Source: Sphaerodactylus townsendi
Taxonomy: Eukaryota
Assembly (NCBI RefSeq): GCF_021028975.2
Contig: NC_059437.1
Span: 18,352,001-18,416,000, forward strand
DNA length: 64,000 bases
Reading direction: 5' to 3'
The position numbers and the translations under genes were made by a program. Within the stretch, counting starts at the first letter, position 1. Each line of letters begins with the position of its first letter. Below, in pieces: positions 62,302-64,000 of this stretch. The notes under the pieces were generated by a model. The model had not been told where the DNA came from and made no database searches. It saw only the letters and a list, made by a program, of their open reading frames with translations.

Positions 62302-63291
62302 CTCATTATGCATGTCTTGCCTCCTTCAGGTTTAGTTTTCCCTAATGCACTCTTCAGCACTCACCCAGTGGCAAATCTGAGAAGCCCCGTGGTTTCTGAG
62401 AGCCCTTTAAGTGCAACTTTTCCTTTCAGTTCACTTTCCAAGCACAGGCACTCACAATTAGTTAAGCTTTATTCGGGTTTTCTAGCTCCGCCCCATCTTC
62501 CCCTGCCCAAGTTTCTCCTGATTAACCAGCCACAAGCTCCATGGGAATGGGAGATGCTTCCATCTCCCCCCCCCACAATTTTCTAGTGGAGGTCTATCAC
62601 AGGGGGATTTGAATACTAGACCAAAAAAAAATCCCAACACCCCCCTTGTTTTCCCTTCTCCCCCCTTCCTATACAAGCCTCATTGTTGCTTTTTAAAACT
62701 GGTTTGTGCAAGGCAAAAAAAAAGGGGGATGGCGGATCAGCACAGACACTTTCTAAATGTGCACCAAAAGATTCAGGGGATCCCACTTCAACTGAAAGAG
62801 GTAAGGTACCTAAGTCAAATTAGCCCATTGATTGTTGGTCCTGTGGAACCGATGCTTAAATAAATGCCCCAAAATGTATACCATCAGTATCTGCCAGGAT
62901 GACCCTAGAAATGTATAAAAGTGTTCTTTTCCTATCAAATTTATCTTGCATTCAAGTTCCATTACTGAAAAACCTCTCCAGTTAATCACTGATTCCTTGA
63001 CTTGACTTGCATATCTGTCAATATCTTAATTTGATTAAAGGTTTCCTTCAGCAGAATGCTTCTTAAATGAGATCCAGTAAGGACTAATTTAGGAGGGATG
63101 CTAGGCAGCTCTAATGGCTATAATTACCTTTATTATGATTAAGATTCACTCCAGGCAACGCTGAATTACAGGAATGGCTATTCCAAGTATTTATCAGAAT
63201 ACATATGACACTAATAAAGAGTTCATAATAAGGTGTCATAGTCGCAGTACATATGAACTTGAGCTCCTGCATGGTGGAAAGGTGGCTAGTA

Positions 63292-63610
63292 AAGAGCCAA
63301 CATGGTGTAAGTGGTAAAGAGCAGCCAACTCTAATCTGGAGAACCAGGCTTGATTCCCCGAATCCCACTTCTCCACATAAGAGACAGCCTCTAATCTGGA
63401 GAACCAGGTTTGATTCCCCACTCCTCCACATAAAACCGGCTGGGTGACCTTGATCCAGTCACAGTTCTCTCAGAACTCTCTCAGTCCCACCTACCTCACA
63501 AGGTGTCTGTTGTGAGGAGAGGAAGGGAAGGAAGTTTGTAAGCCATTTTGAGACTCCTTAAAGGTGGAGAAAAGAGAGGTATAAAAACCAACTCTTCTTC
63601 TTCCTCTTCT
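63292..63610 (+). mobile_element. Squam3-like SINE with near-identical tandem B-box duplication
   Basis: CTCTAATCTGGAGAACCAGGYTTGATTCCCC occurs twice; GGTATAAAAACCAACTCTTCTTC tail. Confidence 0.92.
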
Positions 63611-64000
63611 AATGTTTTAAATAAATAAAAATAAATGAATAATAAGGATGAACTATCATAGAATGGATTCTGAATAAGGAACATGCTATGGGAATGCTCA
63701 TTCAGAATGACCCATCAGGATCTAGACCAAGCCATATCCATTCTTTAATATAATATAACTGATACAACTGCAATATTTCTGGCATCTGATAATGATAGCA
63801 TTAGCATATGCTAAGATATGAGTATTATTCTAGCATCTTTCATGGGAAATAAAAATGGCTGTGCCCGACGGAAGAACTTTAGCAGATATGGCCTGTTATT
63901 AATGCTGTCAAACACAAACATTTAGCAGAACTTTCAGTTTAACAGTATCTTTTCAGTTGGCATTTCACTGATCAAAATGCACATTCATTACACCATCTCT

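Noticed and set aside
63292-63370. tRNA genes at SINE heads
   Set aside because: No complete cloverleaf; all continue into SINE bodies.

Overview
This is non-coding vertebrate genomic DNA, almost certainly from a squamate and most likely a gecko. The basis is the presence of Sauria, Squam2-like, Squam3-like and 5S-derived SINEs, with Squam3 copies carrying a duplicated B-box region and a (TTC)n tail. No host protein-coding gene can be recognised; the only identifiable proteins are transposon relics. These are CR1 RT and ORF1 SGNH esterase, an RTE-X/L2-like AP endonuclease, DIRS/Ngaro RT-RNaseH, and a Dong/R4 restriction-like endonuclease. The window looks like a large intron or gene desert, with several repeat-free, CpG-retaining blocks that may be regulatory. 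The most notable structure is a minimal type I hammerhead ribozyme (37660-37703, minus strand) inside a ~940-bp inverted, Penelope-like architecture whose second arm begins at about the ribozyme cleavage site. Other notable structures are a family of hairpin-rich PIF/Harbinger MITEs showing a loop micro-inversion, a ~1-kb non-autonomous Helitron with canonical termini, and a CpG-rich block with a candidate 30-nt microexon. There is one 133-N assembly gap. Repeat family names come from recalled consensus features, not database searches, and most repeat boundaries are approximate.
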